A stretch of 60,652 nt of DNA from Bacteriovorax sp. (lineage in GTDB: Bacteria > Bdellovibrionota > Bacteriovoracia > Bacteriovoracales > Bacteriovoracaceae). The position numbers and the translations under genes are program-made. The DNA lies in contig DAIQAU010000002.1 in NCBI GenBank assembly GCA_036781565.1, positions 1 through 60,652 on the forward strand, written 5' to 3'. The notes beneath the pieces are model-generated. The model saw only the letters and a program-made list of their open reading frames with translations. It searched no databases and was not told where the DNA came from. Positions within the stretch are counted from its first letter, which is position 1; every line of letters starts with the position of its first letter. Positions 58,168 to 60,652 of the stretch are shown piece by piece.

Positions 58168-59453
58168 CTAATCAAAACAAAATTCTCCTAAGCAGATTTT
58201 TAACACGATTTGGAGATCAGGCGTGGGATTTCGCAGTTCCGCTTGTACTTATACAACTTTTACCGGGAAAAGTGCAGCTCATCTCATTATTTTATCTGTG
58301 TTCGAAACTTGCTCAAATAATTTTTGGTCCATCTTTAATAAAAAAAATTGATTCGAAAAAAAGGATTAATATTTATAAAATGGGAATCGGCTACCAAACA
58401 GTGGCCATGTCCATTATGTGGATCTTTCTTTCCGCTATGTTTTTTATAGAACTGAATGGAAATTTTGCATACTACGCCGTTCTTTTAGTTTTATTTGTTA
58501 CTAGTAGCACGGTTTCTAGCCTCGGTTCTGCCTTAATGGATGCCTCTGTTGGTTTTGATCTTGCGGTTGATATTCTTGAAAAATATGAGTTGCCACTATT
58601 CAATAGTCGCTTGAGCAGATTAGATTTGATCACAGAAGTATCGGCCCCCATCTTCACTGGACTAATCTTGTCCCTATTCTTAGGAAAGGCTTCAGTCTAC
58701 GGTTTTAGCATTATAGCCCTCTTGAATTTGGTAACATTCTTTCCCGAATATCTTTTGTTGAGGTCAATTACAAATCTTGATGCTGGCAAAATTTATTCCT
58801 CAGAAATAAACAATACTAAGTCCTTCAAAAACATTCTTAATGATTTTGTTTCTTCTTTTAATAGATTAAAAGATAAACCATATGGAATAGTTATTTTTGG
58901 ATATGCAGCTTTGTGGCTTTCCGTTTTAAGTCCTCACGGTGTCCTTCTGACAAGTTTTTTGAAAGATGGTAATCGGACTTCTGAATTTACAATTGGTTTA
59001 TTTAGAGGGTTAGGAGCTTGCTTTGGAATCATTCCTACATTTCTTTATCCATACCTAAGAAAGAAAAAGGAAATGGTCAGTACTAGTAAAATATTTCTCA
59101 TCTTTCAATTTATTTGCGTTCTCGCTGCAGGAATTTCATTTTATTTTCTTGAAAGTATTTATCCATTCCTAATCTTTATTTTATTTTCAAGGATAGGCCT
59201 GTATGGATTTAGTATAGGTGAAACAGAAATAAGGCAGAACATGATTGCTAATGATTCTCGAGGAGAAGTTAACGGCATGGCCAGCTCCATCACCAGTATG
59301 GCAACATTATTTCTTTTTTTCCTAGGGACCATTTTCGGAAAATCAGAGAATTTTGGAATTTTAATTATAATTTCAGTTGTTGCAGTTCTCTTCTCATTGA
59401 TGATGATTTCAAAAATTAACGATAAAGATTTAGTGATCGAGAATAAATTATGA
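58164..59453 (+). CDS. Ferroportin (SLC40/BbFpn-like) MFS metal exporter
   Basis: TRFGDQAWDFAVP, DLITEVSAP, WLSVLSPHGVLLT, SRIGLYGF. Confidence 0.85.
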   Translation: MTNQNKILLSRFLTRFGDQAWDFAVPLVLIQLLPGKVQLISLFYLCSKLAQIIFGPSLIKKIDSKKRINIYKMGIGYQTVAMSIMWIFLSAMFFIELNGNFAYYAVLLVLFVTSSTVSSLGSALMDASVGFDLAVDILEKYELPLFNSRLSRLDLITEVSAPIFTGLILSLFLGKASVYGFSIIALLNLVTFFPEYLLLRSITNLDAGKIYSSEINNTKSFKNILNDFVSSFNRLKDKPYGIVIFGYAALWLSVLSPHGVLLTSFLKDGNRTSEFTIGLFRGLGACFGIIPTFLYPYLRKKKEMVSTSKIFLIFQFICVLAAGISFYFLESIYPFLIFILFSRIGLYGFSIGETEIRQNMIANDSRGEVNGMASSITSMATLFLFFLGTIFGKSENFGILIIISVVAVLFSLMMISKINDKDLVIENKL

Positions 59454-59911
59454 ATTGTTGTAAACCAGAAAGTAAAAGCAAAGTTGAAAATTTCAAATGC
59501 CCTACTTGCAACCAAAACGGTTCATCTGTTAATCTCACAACAATAGAATGCCAGGTCAAAGCTAATTTTCAATTTAAGATCGAAAACAATACAGAATATA
59601 AATTCTGCGAGAATCCAGATTGCTCTGTCGTTTATTTCTCTAAAGATCCTTTACACTTTTTTAAAAGCGATGAAATCAATGAAAAGGTTTCTTTGAAGGA
59701 TGAAAGTTTAGACGTGAAACTCTGCTACTGCTTCGGCATAACAAAAAAAATGGCGTTGGAAAAAATCAAATCTGACTTAGAGTCTGAAGTTTTAAACGAC
59801 ATTAAGGCCAAGATGAAAGTTCCAGGGTGTTTTTGTGAAAAGAGTAATCCTCAGGGAACATGCTGCTTAGGCAATGTTTCTAACTGGATTAGTGAAACAA
59901 AAAAAAATTGA
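59450..59911 (+). CDS. CopZ N-terminal-like Zn/[2Fe-2S] protein
   Basis: CPTC, FCENPDC.VVYF, LCYCFG, CFCEKSNPQGTCCLG. Confidence 0.85.
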   Translation: MNCCKPESKSKVENFKCPTCNQNGSSVNLTTIECQVKANFQFKIENNTEYKFCENPDCSVVYFSKDPLHFFKSDEINEKVSLKDESLDVKLCYCFGITKKMALEKIKSDLESEVLNDIKAKMKVPGCFCEKSNPQGTCCLGNVSNWISETKKN

Positions 59912-59929
59912 ATAATTAATAAAAATAAT

Positions 59930-59961
59930 ACGGAGGAAATGTTGAGTTCCTTTTCCTCCGT
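59930..59961. terminator. Bidirectional terminator hairpin
   Basis: ACGGAGGAAA-N12-TTTCCTCCGT between convergent genes. Confidence 0.65.
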
Positions 59962-59968
59962 TTAATGA

Positions 59969-60337
59969 TTAAAAGCTTTGCAAAATAGTCTTCACTGTTT
60001 TTAATTTTTCTTCATCAAGCCTTTTTATTATTTCAATGCATTCACGACGCATACTTTGAGGCAACTCTATTTTTCCTGAGCACATTAAAATAAATTGATC
60101 GTAAGTATAACCATAAGCCTCAAGAAGCATCGAAATATTTTTTGGGTGTAGATCTGCTCTACCATTTTCCAGATGAGAAATAGTTGAATCTGATGTACCT
60201 AATAAATCCCCAGCTCTCCTCATCGAAAGATGCCTAGACTCTCTCATAAATTTTAATACGCATGCTTCTTTTGTCATAACCTTGTGATTACATCTTCTCT
60301 TCTTAATCTTTTTCTTTTCCATGTCTTTTTTTTTCAT
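59969..60337 (-). CDS. XRE family HTH regulator
   Basis: LKFMRESRHLSMRRAG..STISHLENG. Confidence 0.88.
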   Translation of the reverse strand: MKKKDMEKKKIKKRRCNHKVMTKEACVLKFMRESRHLSMRRAGDLLGTSDSTISHLENGRADLHPKNISMLLEAYGYTYDQFILMCSGKIELPQSMRRECIEIIKRLDEEKLKTVKTILQSF

Positions 60338-60406
60338 AAGAGGCCTCTTAATTAATTAAAAAGCTCCTTAACAGCTAAGCAGCGTAGTCTTTTGATTCAA
60401 CGTGCT

Positions 60407-60442
60407 TAAGCTATGTAGTCCCTAGAGTTGCTACATAGCTTA
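60407..60442. repeat. 12-bp perfect inverted repeat
   Basis: TAAGCTATGTAG-N12-CTACATAGCTTA; degenerate half-site TAAGCAGCGTAG at 60376-60387. Confidence 0.75.
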
Positions 60443-60471
60443 GTCCATGGATGACAGCTTCAAAATCGAGG

Positions 60472-60501
60472 TAAGCCAAAACATAAGCCATAACTAAGCC
60501 A
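60472..60501 (+). repeat. Three tandem TAAGCCA repeats (candidate integrase arm sites)
   Basis: Copies at 60472, 60484 and 60495 (about one helical turn apart); TAAGCCAAAA also occurs at 1261. Confidence 0.65.
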
Positions 60502-60630
60502 ACGAGAGTTATGTTGAGACATTTCCAGCAATGTTGATAACGAGTGACTTGATCGAACCTGTTGAAACCTAATTGAAATGATTAAAAGAACTTAAGAATT
60601 GTTTTGAATTATTTTACTTTTGGGGGGAAC

Positions 60631-60652
60631 CCACCATCGAGTTCGATGGTGG
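60631..60652. other. Candidate att core palindrome
   Basis: CCACCATCGA-GT-TCGATGGTGG; its last 6 nt equal the first 6 nt of the window. Confidence 0.5.

Larger units (their letters stand above)
1..60652. mobile_element. Integrative conjugative element (ICE) with heavy-metal resistance cargo
   Basis: Integrase, excisionase, SSB, coupling protein and VirB4/VirB-like operon at 1.2-15 kb, followed by cargo. The window starts and ends with TGGTGG, and both ends share short motifs (TTGAAATGATTA inverted, TAAGCCA). Exact boundaries are inferred. Confidence 0.85.

Noticed and set aside
17387..59515. Numerous short antisense or overlapping ORFs in the cargo (e.g. 18335, 25038, 31670, 36658, 40497, 49673, 53142, 53531, 59159)
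   Set aside because: They overlap longer genes with clear family motifs and lack RBS or domain signals.
60622..60652. Possible tRNA/tmRNA at the right edge
   Set aside because: No cloverleaf or T-loop upstream of CCACCA; at most a 3'-end fragment.

Overview
AT-rich window that appears to be one complete ~60.6-kb integrative conjugative element (ICE). The host is probably a Bdellovibrionota (Bacteriovoracaceae-like) organism; this is inferred from a BbFpn-like ferroportin and a DUF4423-like regulator. Left to right: (i) a two-gene TIR + membrane-protein module next to the left end; (ii) tyrosine integrase, excisionase and SSB, a large nested hairpin, a Replic_Relax-type nuclease, a type IV coupling protein and a compact VirB-like T4SS operon headed by a Ca-binding lipoprotein and an Sm-like mini-protein; (iii) a phage-like switch region with five TCGCCA-N3-TGGCGA-type operators between this operon and a divergent regulator, which is translationally coupled to a small secreted protein ending in GGEGSGG (candidate peptide-signalling switch); (iv) ~43 kb of metal-resistance cargo: CopA, a long CsoR-headed operon with heme/YceI/beta-barrel genes plus CusCBA, two further HME-RND systems with absent or truncated adaptors, CadR-ZntA, ferroportin and a CopZ-like Fe-S protein; (v) an XRE gene and an att-like right end. 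All functional calls come from motif recognition by eye; no database search was run.
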